Source of the DNA: Eubacteriales bacterium
GTDB lineage: Bacteria > Bacillota > Clostridia > Oscillospirales > JAAYXM01
Assembly (NCBI GenBank): GCA_045636865.1
Contig: JAZTYJ010000022.1
Span: forward strand, 3,667 to 67,666
DNA: 64,000 nucleotides
Direction: 5' to 3'
Shown here: one piece after another, positions 8,682 through 17,212 of the stretch
How positions within the stretch are numbered: the first letter of the stretch is position 1
Layout: every line of letters begins with the position of its first letter
Notes under the pieces: model-generated
Told to the model about the DNA's origin: nothing
Database searches by the model: none
What the model saw: the letters and a program-made list of their open reading frames with translations, nothing else
Translations under genes and position numbers: made by a program

Positions 8682-9702
8682 TTTCTTTTCCTCCCATCGT
8701 CTTCATTACTTTAACGATATTCATTGATATCGGACACTTTGAAAGACATCTTCCGCATCCAACACAACCGAATACGCCGTTGTTGTTTTCGGGATAGTAT
8801 ACAAGCTTGTGCATAAATCTCTGACGGAAACGTTCGGTCTGTGTAAGTCTCGGGTTACCGTGAGCCATCTTTGTGAAGTCTGAATACATACATGAATCCC
8901 AGCAACGGAAGCGCTGTATTCCTTTACCTGTATTGAACTCTTTTATATCGTAGCACTGGCAGGTCGGACATACGAAAGTACAAGTTCCGCATCCGAGGCA
9001 GGTTTCAGCCATTTCCTTCCACTTTGGTGAATCGAAAAACTCTTTTGTTTTTCCGCCGCCGAAAGCAGAGGTTGAAAGCTTTGCAAGCGGAAGGCGACTA
9101 AGAATCTTCTTTGTAGCTTCCTTCTGCGCGTCAACTACCTTTTCGTCAGCTTCTTCCGTGAATGCTGCGATTTTTTCCATAAAGGCATTTCCCTTTTCGG
9201 TATTTGCCTTGAAATATACACCGTCATCGCATCTCCACGCACTTACATCTCCCGCCGGTTCTGTTGCATCAATTCCGAATGCTGAACAGAAGCATGTTTC
9301 TGACGGCTTTCCGCAAGCTACCGAAACAACTGTTCCGTGCTCACGTCTTTCCTTATAGAAAGTGTCAACCGGCTCTGAAAGGAAAACTGTATCGAGGATG
9401 TCAAAGCTCTTTACATCGCACGGACGAACACCGAAGATGACGTAATCTTCTTTTTCATCGCGGATATCGATAATTTCAATATTCTTTCCTTCGCGCTTGA
9501 ATTCTACGAAGTTTTCCATCTGTGGGAAGAAAAAGTCTTTTGCGCTGCGTTCAGTATTGAGAGCTTCGCTCCACTTCTTTCCTTCTTCCCATTTTTCAAA
9601 ACGTGCCTTACCGTCGCTACCGTCTACCGGAAGGTATACAGGCATTTTTTCTGACACGGCAGAGATAAGAGCGTCGATTTTTTCAACAGAACATTTACGC
9701 AT
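8674..9702 (-). CDS. FlxB / AsrA / sulfhydrogenase-beta-like 4Fe-4S protein
   Basis: Motifs CGTCTFVCPTCQCYD and CVGCGRCLSKCP. Overlaps the downstream gene by 8 nt. Confidence 0.7.
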   Translation of the reverse strand: MRKCSVEKIDALISAVSEKMPVYLPVDGSDGKARFEKWEEGKKWSEALNTERSAKDFFFPQMENFVEFKREGKNIEIIDIRDEKEDYVIFGVRPCDVKSFDILDTVFLSEPVDTFYKERREHGTVVSVACGKPSETCFCSAFGIDATEPAGDVSAWRCDDGVYFKANTEKGNAFMEKIAAFTEEADEKVVDAQKEATKKILSRLPLAKLSTSAFGGGKTKEFFDSPKWKEMAETCLGCGTCTFVCPTCQCYDIKEFNTGKGIQRFRCWDSCMYSDFTKMAHGNPRLTQTERFRQRFMHKLVYYPENNNGVFGCVGCGRCLSKCPISMNIVKVMKTMGGKENE

Positions 9703-10694
9703 TACTTATCCCCCCTATCAAAAACTTCAGACGGTTCAAGGTCGCCGGTTGTATAATTTACAAGCGGTGCGCGTGATCCTTCTTCTGCGCCTGCCTGATA
9801 TTCACCGTAAAACTCATTGATATCCTTTATAAACTTGCGGTTGAGCAAATGAAGCGGAATGTTCTGCGGACATACTCTTGAGCATTCGCCGCAGTCTGTG
9901 CAACGACCGGCTACATGGAATGCGCGGATGATGTGGAACATCTTTTCTTCAAAGCTGTTTGCCGCCGCCTTGTTCTCAACACCTGAATCCGGGTTTCCGA
10001 AAACACACTTTTCACATGTGCAAGCCGGGCATACATCGCGGCAAGCGTTGCAACGGATGCAACGTGAAAGCTCGTTCTGCCAGAAAGCAAATCTTTCATC
10101 CGGAGTCATCTTTTCAAGACGCTCAACCTCGTCAAAACGGTTTGAATCGAGGACTTCGCCGTCTTCACCCAAAAGCTCATCATATGCAACGTGCTTCTTG
10201 CTCTTGCAATTTATGCAACGCTCTGCAAGCACATCTGCAAACGAAACGGAAACCGGAGCATCTTCGTAAATTGTTGTAACCTTGAGAGTTTCACCGTCGG
10301 TCTCAACGCCCGAGATACCCTCGCCTGTTTTTTCTTTGATTTTTGAAACATCAACCATACCTTCACACGGGATGCCTACCGCATAGACCTTTTCACGGTC
10401 AAAACGGTGCTCTGTAAGGAGCTGATTGAAGCTGTATGTGTCGCAGGGTTTTAAGAAAACGAGAATCTTTTCTTCTGCCTTTATTGTCTTTGAAACGAGA
10501 TATTTTGAGAAGTTTGCTCCGCAAAAATCGTTCCAGACAAAGTTGTTTTTAAGATCTTCTTCGCTTGAGAAAACCGAAGGAGTAACGTCATAGTCAAACT
10601 CACCGGCTCTCCAGCCGAGAACAGAGGAAACTGTTCCGTTATTAAGGAGAGATACTGCCTTTTCAAGCAACATATCGCGTGTTATCTTTTGCAT
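9702..10694 (-). CDS. FlxC-like 4Fe-4S dicluster protein
   Basis: Motifs CIRCNACRDVCPACTCEKC and CTDCGECSRVCPQNI. Overlaps the next gene by 1 nt. Confidence 0.7.
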   Translation of the reverse strand: MQKITRDMLLEKAVSLLNNGTVSSVLGWRAGEFDYDVTPSVFSSEEDLKNNFVWNDFCGANFSKYLVSKTIKAEEKILVFLKPCDTYSFNQLLTEHRFDREKVYAVGIPCEGMVDVSKIKEKTGEGISGVETDGETLKVTTIYEDAPVSVSFADVLAERCINCKSKKHVAYDELLGEDGEVLDSNRFDEVERLEKMTPDERFAFWQNELSRCIRCNACRDVCPACTCEKCVFGNPDSGVENKAAANSFEEKMFHIIRAFHVAGRCTDCGECSRVCPQNIPLHLLNRKFIKDINEFYGEYQAGAEEGSRAPLVNYTTGDLEPSEVFDRGDK

Positions 10695-11116
10695 CGCAGA
10701 TCCTCCAATCTCTTGTTCTCACCAAGTGAAATAACTGTTTCTACAAATTCGTTCATTGTTGCAGAGAACTTTGCACCCTCCGCAGCTGATACCCACTCAA
10801 CACGAGTTCTTTCCTTCTCAATTCCGAGATAATCAAGCATTGAGAACAAAAGTGCCATTCTGCGGCGTGTGTAGTAGTTACCTGAAGTGTAGTGGCAATC
10901 TCCCGGATGGCATCCGCAGATGATTACGCCGTCTGCTCCGCGCTGGAACGCTCTTAAAATAAACATCGGGTTTACTCGGCAAGAGCACGGAACGCGGATA
11001 ATTTTAACTTCTGCAGGGTAATTGAGACGGTTATTACCCGCAAGGTCAGCACCTGCATATGAACACCAGTTACAGCAGAATGCGACAATTAAAGGCTTAT
11101 GTTCATTTACTTGCAT
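10682..11116 (-). CDS. mvhD: MvhD / FlxD-like protein (methyl-viologen-reducing hydrogenase delta subunit family)
   Basis: FCCNWCSYAGADLAG...RVPCSCRV...GADGVIICGCHPGDCHY matches the MvhD family. The likely start is ATG at 11116 (RBS GGAGG), which overlaps the hdrA stop by 10 nt. The longer track ORF is an upstream extension. Confidence 0.85.
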   Translation of the reverse strand: MQVNEHKPLIVAFCCNWCSYAGADLAGNNRLNYPAEVKIIRVPCSCRVNPMFILRAFQRGADGVIICGCHPGDCHYTSGNYYTRRRMALLFSMLDYLGIEKERTRVEWVSAAEGAKFSATMNEFVETVISLGENKRLEDLRCKR

Positions 11117-13101
11117 ATTGCGTCTACCTCCGCCATAATCTGATTTGTTGAGAATCCACGAAGATCCATAGCTCCTGACGGACATGCAACCGTACATGCA
11201 CCGCACCCCTGGCAAACTGCCGGGTTAACCTTTGCGATACGTCTCATACGAGTCGTGCGGTCAGGCATTCTGAATTCTTTGTCTTCATAAGAAATTGCGC
11301 CATACGGACATACGCGTTCACAGGATGAGCATCCGTTACACATAAGCTCGTTTGAGTTTGCAACACAGGGGTTACCCGTGAGCTTATCCTTTGCAAGAAG
11401 TCCGATAACCTTTGCGGCTGCGGCACTTGCCTGGGATACTGTTTCCGGAATGTCCTTCGGGCCCTGACATGCGCCTGAAAGGAACACGCCGGCTGTCGGG
11501 CTCTCTACCGGACGGAGCTTCGGATGAGCTTCTGTGAAGAAGTCGTTTGTATCCATACTTGCCGTGAGCATTGTTGCAAGCGGACGAGCTGACTTGTCAG
11601 GCTCGATAGCCGCCGCAAGAACAACGAGGTCTGCATCAATGTTAATCTGCTTGTTGTTGAGGAGGTCTGATGCCTGAACCTTGAGCTTTTTGCCCTCGGG
11701 AGAGACCTTACCGACCATTCCCTTTATATACTTGACGCCAAATTCTTCAACCGCACGGCGGTAGAACTCGTCAAAGTTCTTACCCGGTGTACGAACGTCA
11801 ATATAGAATACATAAACTTCTGTATCCGGATATTTGTCGCGAACGAGCATTGCGTGCTTTGCAGTATACATACAGCAAATCTTTGAGCAATATTCCTTAC
11901 CCTTTTCGGCACACGCATCACAACGGGAGCCTACGCACTGAACAAACACAACCGTGTGCGGATGCTCGCGGTCTGACGGACGGAGAAGCTTTCCTGCTGT
12001 CGGACCTGCCGCATTTGTAAGACGCTCAAACTCAAGGGAGGTGATAACGTCTTTTGACTGGTTGTATGCAAATTCGTCGAATTTATCAAGGCTTATCGGA
12101 TTATAACCCGTTGCCGCAACGATTGCACCGTAACGCTCCTCAATGATTTCATCCTGCTGCTTATAGTCGATGGCACCTGCGGCACAAACCTTTGCACAAA
12201 CACCGCACTTGCCGTTTTTAAGCATATTACATGAGTTCGGATCGATTGTTGCAACCTTCGGAACAGCCTGAGCAAACGGAATGTAGATAGCTGCGCGGGT
12301 GTCCATATTGAGGTTGAACTCGTTCGGAACCTTTTTCATCGGGCACTTTTCAAGACATGCTCCGCAACCTGTGCAGACATCTTCTTTAACGTAACGTGCC
12401 TTTTTCTTGATCTTTACATCGAAGTTTCCGACAAAACCGTTTACTTCTTCTACTTCACTATAAGAGAAGATGCGGATTTTTTCATTCTGAGCAACGTCAA
12501 CCATCTTCGGGGTGAGGATACATGCCGCACAGTCAAGAGTCGGGAATGTTTTGTCGATCTGTGCCATCTTTCCGCCGATGGTCGGATTCTTTTCAACGAT
12601 ATCAACCGGGAATCCTGCCTCTGCGATATCAAGAGCAGTCTGGATACCCGCGATACCGCCACCGATAACGAGCGCGCGCTTCGTAACCGGAGTTTCGCCC
12701 GGAGTAAGCGGTGCGTTGAGGTTGACCTTTGCGATAGCCGCACGGCCAAGGATGATTGCCTTTTCTGTACCCGTTGCGATATCCTTGTGGACCCATGAGC
12801 ACTGCTCACGGATGTTTGCGATTTCAACCATATACGGGTTGATGCCTGCAGCAGCTGCAGTTTTTCTGAATGTTGCTTCATGCATACGCGGTGAGCATGA
12901 GCAGATAACAAGACCTGTGAGGTTGTGCTCGCGGACTGCGTCGATTATCATATTCTGACCTGCCTGTGAGCACATGTACTGATAGTTGGTGGATAAGACT
13001 ACTCCCTGCTCGCTTGCAAGAGCGTCAGAAACTGCCTGCACGTCAACCGTGCCTGCGATGTTGCTTCCGCACCAACATACAAAAACGCCGATTCTCTGCA
13101 T
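11107..13101 (-). CDS. hdrA: heterodisulfide reductase subunit A (HdrA)
   Basis: VIGGGIAGIQTALDIAEAG is the FAD motif. CVGSRC...YCSKICCMY is the HdrA signature. There are also four ferredoxin CxxCxxCxxxCP motifs. Confidence 0.9.
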   Translation of the reverse strand: MQRIGVFVCWCGSNIAGTVDVQAVSDALASEQGVVLSTNYQYMCSQAGQNMIIDAVREHNLTGLVICSCSPRMHEATFRKTAAAAGINPYMVEIANIREQCSWVHKDIATGTEKAIILGRAAIAKVNLNAPLTPGETPVTKRALVIGGGIAGIQTALDIAEAGFPVDIVEKNPTIGGKMAQIDKTFPTLDCAACILTPKMVDVAQNEKIRIFSYSEVEEVNGFVGNFDVKIKKKARYVKEDVCTGCGACLEKCPMKKVPNEFNLNMDTRAAIYIPFAQAVPKVATIDPNSCNMLKNGKCGVCAKVCAAGAIDYKQQDEIIEERYGAIVAATGYNPISLDKFDEFAYNQSKDVITSLEFERLTNAAGPTAGKLLRPSDREHPHTVVFVQCVGSRCDACAEKGKEYCSKICCMYTAKHAMLVRDKYPDTEVYVFYIDVRTPGKNFDEFYRRAVEEFGVKYIKGMVGKVSPEGKKLKVQASDLLNNKQINIDADLVVLAAAIEPDKSARPLATMLTASMDTNDFFTEAHPKLRPVESPTAGVFLSGACQGPKDIPETVSQASAAAAKVIGLLAKDKLTGNPCVANSNELMCNGCSSCERVCPYGAISYEDKEFRMPDRTTRMRRIAKVNPAVCQGCGACTVACPSGAMDLRGFSTNQIMAEVDAICK

Positions 13102-13113
13102 CTTATCTCCCTC

Positions 13114-13506
13114 CTACTTCGTATATTTTCTGAATGCGCTGACGAGCGCCTGCTGCGGCATATCATCGTCGAGCTTATCTGGAATCATATTTGCCTTCAA
13201 GTGGTTATTTCCTTGCTTGCGGATTTCCATTAGACGAACAGCCTCGATAACCTTTGCAGGCTGAACACTTCTCGGACATCTGTCAAGGCAAGCAAAGCAT
13301 GTGAGACACTTATAAAGTGAATCTGACTTGAGAAGCGGCTCAATGTCGCCGTTTTCAAGCATGCTCACAAACTGATGCGGATGGTATTCCATCTCATCGT
13401 ATGCAGGACACGTTGCCGAGCACTTTCCGCAACGCATGCACTTTGACGGATTAACTCCGCTTATGCGCATGATTTCGTCTTTCAATGCATCATATTTTTT
13501 AGACAT
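13114..13506 (-). CDS. hdrC: heterodisulfide reductase subunit C-like (two 4Fe-4S motifs)
   Basis: Motifs CMRCGKCSATCPAY and CLTCFACLDRCPRS. 130 aa, and overlaps hdrB by 8 nt. Confidence 0.8.
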   Translation of the reverse strand: MSKKYDALKDEIMRISGVNPSKCMRCGKCSATCPAYDEMEYHPHQFVSMLENGDIEPLLKSDSLYKCLTCFACLDRCPRSVQPAKVIEAVRLMEIRKQGNNHLKANMIPDKLDDDMPQQALVSAFRKYTK

Positions 13507-14284
13507 TTGTATCCTCCTTTACTCCGAGAGCTTCTGCAAGGAGCTCCGTAAAATAGATTACGGGAATCTCGGAACCGTTCTTAACGAGGTTATACTTACA
13601 AAGCGGACAAGCCGTAACCATCATTTCCGCACCGCAGTTTTTTGCGTTGTCGCTTACTGCATTGCTTCTCTTCTTTGCGAGTGTTTCGCTCTCGAGAGCA
13701 ATGTAGCCGCCGCAACATTCGTTGCGGTTTGCATAGTAAACAGGCTCTGCACCGATAGCGCGGATGAAGTCTTCCATAATCTTCGGATTTTCAGGATCGT
13801 CCATCTGCATAACTCCACTCGGTCTGAGGAGGAGGCATCCGTAATACGGAGCTATTTTCTTGCCTGTGAGCGGATTTACAACCTTCTCACGGATTTTGTC
13901 AAATCCTACGAGGTCGCGAAGCATTTCGAGATAGTGATAAATTTCGCAGTCACCCTCATATGCATCTTCGTCCATATAGCGATTTACCTTTGAAGCAAAA
14001 GTTTCATCACTCATCGCATGGTTAGTCTGCTTGATTACGTTGTGGCAAGCAGAACAGACCGTAACAAGAGCCTGACCTTTGCTCTTTGCAGCTTTAAGAG
14101 CGCGGACCGATGAAAGCTTTGTTGCAATCTCATCATTTGCAGTTGTGAACACACCGCCGCAACATTGCCATTCTTCGATCTCCTCAAGCGTAATGCCGAG
14201 AGCTTCTGCAGCACGTCTTGCATATGCATCAAGATCTTTCGCTTTGTTTTTTAATGTGCATCCGGGAAAATAACTTAGTTTCAT
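13499..14284 (-). CDS. hdrB: heterodisulfide reductase subunit B-like (two CCG domains)
   Basis: Two CCG motifs (WQCCGGVF and NECCGGY) with flanking Cys residues. The start is taken at MKLSYFPGC, where ATG at 14284 follows a GGGGG RBS. Confidence 0.85.
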   Translation of the reverse strand: MKLSYFPGCTLKNKAKDLDAYARRAAEALGITLEEIEEWQCCGGVFTTANDEIATKLSSVRALKAAKSKGQALVTVCSACHNVIKQTNHAMSDETFASKVNRYMDEDAYEGDCEIYHYLEMLRDLVGFDKIREKVVNPLTGKKIAPYYGCLLLRPSGVMQMDDPENPKIMEDFIRAIGAEPVYYANRNECCGGYIALESETLAKKRSNAVSDNAKNCGAEMMVTACPLCKYNLVKNGSEIPVIYFTELLAEALGVKEDTNV

Positions 14285-14414
14285 AATTTTGCCCCCTGTC
14301 TTTATCTTCTTTAAAAGCACCGTTAATCTGAAAAAGCTTTATAATCCTTTACAAAACAGTTTTACAGACAACACTAAATCCGCACTCGTCATTTATCTGA
14401 CAGCACGGAAAAAC

Positions 14415-14449
14415 ACGGCTCTTATGTCATTTCGAGCCGTTTGTTTTTT
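14415..14449 (-). promoter_or_regulatory. terminator-like hairpin plus U-tract at the 5' end of the predicted hdr leader
   Basis: acggctc-N12-gagccgt (14415-14440) is followed on the minus strand by GTTTTTCC and on the plus strand by TTGTTTTTTG. It lies just downstream of the predicted transcription start. Confidence 0.35.
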
Positions 14450-14451
14450 GA

Positions 14452-14469
14452 TTGTTATTATTATAACAA
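14452..14469. promoter_or_regulatory. Rex-type operator candidate
   Basis: TTGTTAT-TATT-ATAACAA is a perfect 7-4-7 palindrome (9-4-9 if the flanks at 14450-14471 are included). It differs from the clostridial Rex consensus TTGTTAAnnnnTTAACAA by one symmetric position per half-site. Confidence 0.45.
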
Positions 14470-14488
14470 TCTTTACGACATTTTTCAA
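14460..14488 (-). promoter_or_regulatory. sigma-A type promoter of the hdr/flx operon
   Basis: On the minus strand: TTGAAA (14488-14483), a 17-nt spacer, then TATAAT (14465-14460). The -10 box lies inside the palindrome. Confidence 0.6.
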
Positions 14489-14754
14489 CCCATAAATTTG
14501 ACCATTTTTTATATTTATATATGTACATTTTAAAAAAATAACTTTACCGCTTTAGTTTTTGCAAAAAACGCGTAAAACCGCAGTTTTCTGCACTTATCAA
14601 GCATATATTTTTTTCGCATTTTTTCTGTATTTTTCAAGAAACGGACAAATACGTTCCAAAACGACACGTCTATGCCCGTTTTATCAGCATTTTGCACAAA
14701 AAAACAAGCATTTTATCACAATGCATTTTCGGTTTATCTTCTCCCCTTTTCCTC

Positions 14755-14783
14755 TTGCATAAAATGCCGTTTCAGTTTATAAT
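14755..14783 (+). promoter_or_regulatory. sigma-A type promoter of the AEC transporter gene
   Basis: TTGCAT, a 17-nt spacer, then TATAAT. The GGAG RBS and ATG at 14819 follow. Confidence 0.55.
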
Positions 14784-14818
14784 TAACTAAATACTTTTTA
14801 ACAAATTCGGAGTCTGAT

Positions 14819-15760
14819 ATGGATACTTTTCTTTTTTCGGTTAATGCCGTTATTCCCTTGTTTTTGATGACACTGCTCGGCTGGTGTCTCACGAAGCTTA
14901 AATTCTGGAACGATGAGTTTTTAAAAATCGGAAACTCGCTGTCTTTTACGGTTCTCATCCCGGCGATGCTTTTCTATAACATCTACACCTCTGACTTCAG
15001 GGCGGTATTTGACATTAAACTTCTTCTGCTCATTATCGCAACTGTTGTCGTTGTGTGTCTTGCGGGGCTTTTTGTTGTTCATGCCTGCGTTTCCGAGCAC
15101 GCAAGGCGCGGAGTTATTGTTCAGGCACTTTTTCGAGGTAACACAGCCTTGCTCGGAATTCCACTGTGCGAATCATTAATGGGTTCTGAAGGCGCACAGA
15201 TAGCTTCTATTTTCTTAGCATTCATAATTCCGACCTTCAACATTCTCGCAACAATTCTCCTCAGCATTTACAGTAATGACCCTGTTGAATCTCCGTTTTC
15301 TGTTGTAAAGAAAATATTTAAAAACCCGCTCATAATCGGATGCATTTTGGGTATTGCATTTTCACTTTTGAAAATTCCGCTTCCCGAGATAGTTCTTAAG
15401 CCGATTCACGATTTAAAAGTAATCGCAACTCCGTTTGCGCTTTTGATTCTCGGCGGAGATTTCAGGTTTTCAAGTTTCATCTCAAACCTGCGCTATGTTC
15501 TTTTAACCGGATTTTCGCGCCTTATTCTCATTCCGGCTTTCGCCGTCGCGGTTGCGGCCTTTTTCGGTTACCGCGGAATCCACATCGCGCTCGTCCTCTC
15601 CACTTTTGCAACCCCAGTTGCGGTTTCAAGCACCGCCATGACTTATAAAATGAACGGTGATTATGACCTTGCGTGTCAGCTTGTTGTTTTCACCACCATC
15701 TTCTCCGCTTTTTCCCTTACACTGTTTACATTCGTACTTAAAACAATCGGTCTTATCTGA
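14819..15760 (+). CDS. AEC (auxin efflux carrier / malate-permease-type) family transporter
   Basis: 313-aa protein with roughly 10 TM helices and an N-terminus typical of the family ([19 protein letters not shown]). Confidence 0.8.
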   Translation: MDTFLFSVNAVIPLFLMTLLGWCLTKLKFWNDEFLKIGNSLSFTVLIPAMLFYNIYTSDFRAVFDIKLLLLIIATVVVVCLAGLFVVHACVSEHARRGVIVQALFRGNTALLGIPLCESLMGSEGAQIASIFLAFIIPTFNILATILLSIYSNDPVESPFSVVKKIFKNPLIIGCILGIAFSLLKIPLPEIVLKPIHDLKVIATPFALLILGGDFRFSSFISNLRYVLLTGFSRLILIPAFAVAVAAFFGYRGIHIALVLSTFATPVAVSSTAMTYKMNGDYDLACQLVVFTTIFSAFSLTLFTFVLKTIGLI

Positions 15761-15780
15761 TACCGGACAAGGAGGATACT

Positions 15781-16614
15781 ATGCTTACAATCGGTTGCCA
15801 CCTTTCTTCTTCAAAAGGTTATCTCGATATGGGAAAAACCGCGCTTTCAATCGGCGCAAACTCCTTTCAGTTTTTCACAAGAAATCCGCGCGGCGGATCA
15901 GCTAAACCGCTTGATCCCGATGACATTTCTGCCTTTCTCTCTTTTGCGAAAGAAAACGGAATAAATACGATTCTCGCACACGCACCGTACACCCTCAATG
16001 CCGCTTCAAAAGACGAGAGAATCCGCGACTTTGCGCGGCTTGTGATGCGCGATGATATTATGCGTCTTGAAGCTACTCCGGGAAATCTCTACAATTTCCA
16101 CCCCGGCTCACACGTCGGTCAGGGCACAGATGCGGGAATCGAGCTTATAGCAGAGCTTCTCAATGAGATTATCTTTCCCGAGCAGACGACAAAAGTTCTC
16201 CTTGAGACTATGGCAGGCAAAGGCAGCGAAATCGGAGGTAAATTTTCCGAGCTCCGCACCATTATCGACAAGGTAAAATATAATGAAAAAATCGGTGTTT
16301 GCCTTGATACCTGCCACGTTTTTGACGGAGGTTATGACATCAAAGAAAATCTTGATGGCGTCCTTTCGGAATTTGATGAGGTTATCGGTCTTGAAAGGCT
16401 TTGTGCAATACATTTAAACGACAGCCTCCACGGCTTTGAAAGCCACAAGGACCGCCACGCAAAAATCGGCGAAGGATATCTCGGCAAGGAGACTTTTTCG
16501 GCGGTTATAAATCACCCGAAGCTTTCGCACCTTCCCTTCTTTCTTGAAACTCCGAATGAGCTTCCGGGATATGCAGAAGAAATCGCATTGCTTAAAAGTT
16601 TATATAAAGGATAA
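15781..16614 (+). CDS. nfo: deoxyribonuclease IV (endonuclease IV)
   Basis: AP endonuclease family 2 motifs: [23 protein letters not shown] and [13 protein letters not shown]. Confidence 0.9.
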   Translation: MLTIGCHLSSSKGYLDMGKTALSIGANSFQFFTRNPRGGSAKPLDPDDISAFLSFAKENGINTILAHAPYTLNAASKDERIRDFARLVMRDDIMRLEATPGNLYNFHPGSHVGQGTDAGIELIAELLNEIIFPEQTTKVLLETMAGKGSEIGGKFSELRTIIDKVKYNEKIGVCLDTCHVFDGGYDIKENLDGVLSEFDEVIGLERLCAIHLNDSLHGFESHKDRHAKIGEGYLGKETFSAVINHPKLSHLPFFLETPNELPGYAEEIALLKSLYKG

Positions 16615-16628
16615 AGGAGGATTTCACT

Positions 16629-17174
16629 ATGAAATGGCTTGTTGCTTCAGATATTCACGGTTCTGCAGAGTACTGCGAGAAACTTATCAATGCATACAAA
16701 AAAGAGAAAGCAGAAAAGCTTCTGCTTCTCGGGGATATTCTCTACCACGGTCCGAGAAACAATCTCCCGAAGGAATATGCACCAAAAGACGTTATCTCAA
16801 TGCTAAATGAACTCAAAGAAGAGATTCTCTGTGTCCGCGGCAACTGCGATGCAGAGGTTGACCAGATGGTGCTTGACTTCCCCATTATGGCAGAATATGC
16901 AGTTCTACCGCTCAGAAATCGCACGGTTTTCATCACGCACGGTCACAAATTCAACACCAAAACTCCTCCGCTTCTCAAATCAGGTGATATTCTTCTACAC
17001 GGGCACACCCACGTTCCGAAATGCGAAGAATTCGGAGATGGTTATTACTACCTAAATCCCGGCTCCGTTTCTATTCCGAAAGAAAATTCGCCGCACGGAT
17101 ATATGATTATTGAGGACACCGGATTCCTCTGGAAAGACCTTGACGGAAACGTTTATATGGAGCACTCAATATAG
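16629..17174 (+). CDS. YfcE/MJ0936-family metallophosphoesterase
   Basis: Metallophosphoesterase motifs: SDIHGS, LLGDILYHGPRN, RGNCD, FITHGH and GHTH. Confidence 0.85.
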   Translation: MKWLVASDIHGSAEYCEKLINAYKKEKAEKLLLLGDILYHGPRNNLPKEYAPKDVISMLNELKEEILCVRGNCDAEVDQMVLDFPIMAEYAVLPLRNRTVFITHGHKFNTKTPPLLKSGDILLHGHTHVPKCEEFGDGYYYLNPGSVSIPKENSPHGYMIIEDTGFLWKDLDGNVYMEHSI

Positions 17175-17177
17175 GCA

Positions 17178-17209
17178 AAAAGCTTGCAACCTTTTGGTTG
17201 CAAGCTTTT
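17178..17209. terminator. bidirectional rho-independent terminator between convergent genes
   Basis: A 14-bp perfect stem, aaaagcttgcaacc-tttt-ggttgcaagctttt. Confidence 0.8.
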
Positions 17210-17212
17210 AAT

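Noticed and set aside
10682-11215. The 177-aa version of the MvhD-like ORF, which overlaps the 3' end of hdrA by about 110 nt.
   Set aside because: The first 33 codons have no family similarity and lie inside hdrA. An internal ATG at 11116 with a GGAGG RBS gives the normal MvhD N-terminus.
12450-12958. Long ORFs inside hdrA: 12450-12911 on the hdrA (minus) strand in a different reading frame, and 12512-12958 on the opposite (plus) strand. There are many similar 60-190-aa ORFs inside other genes throughout the track.
   Set aside because: They are shadow ORFs within strongly supported genes, with low-complexity Ser/Arg/Leu-rich translations, no RBS and no recognisable motifs.
11107-13101. Possible selenocysteine (in-frame TGA) in HdrA or MvhD, as occurs in some organisms.
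   Set aside because: Both ORFs are uninterrupted, with Cys at the relevant motifs. No in-frame TGA needs to be read through.
14289-14762. Small ORFs (68 and 67 aa) in the 500-bp hdrB/AEC intergenic region, as possible peptide genes.
   Set aside because: They have no RBS and hydrophobic, low-complexity translations typical of AT-rich non-coding DNA. The region is better explained by two divergent promoters, an operator and a leader.
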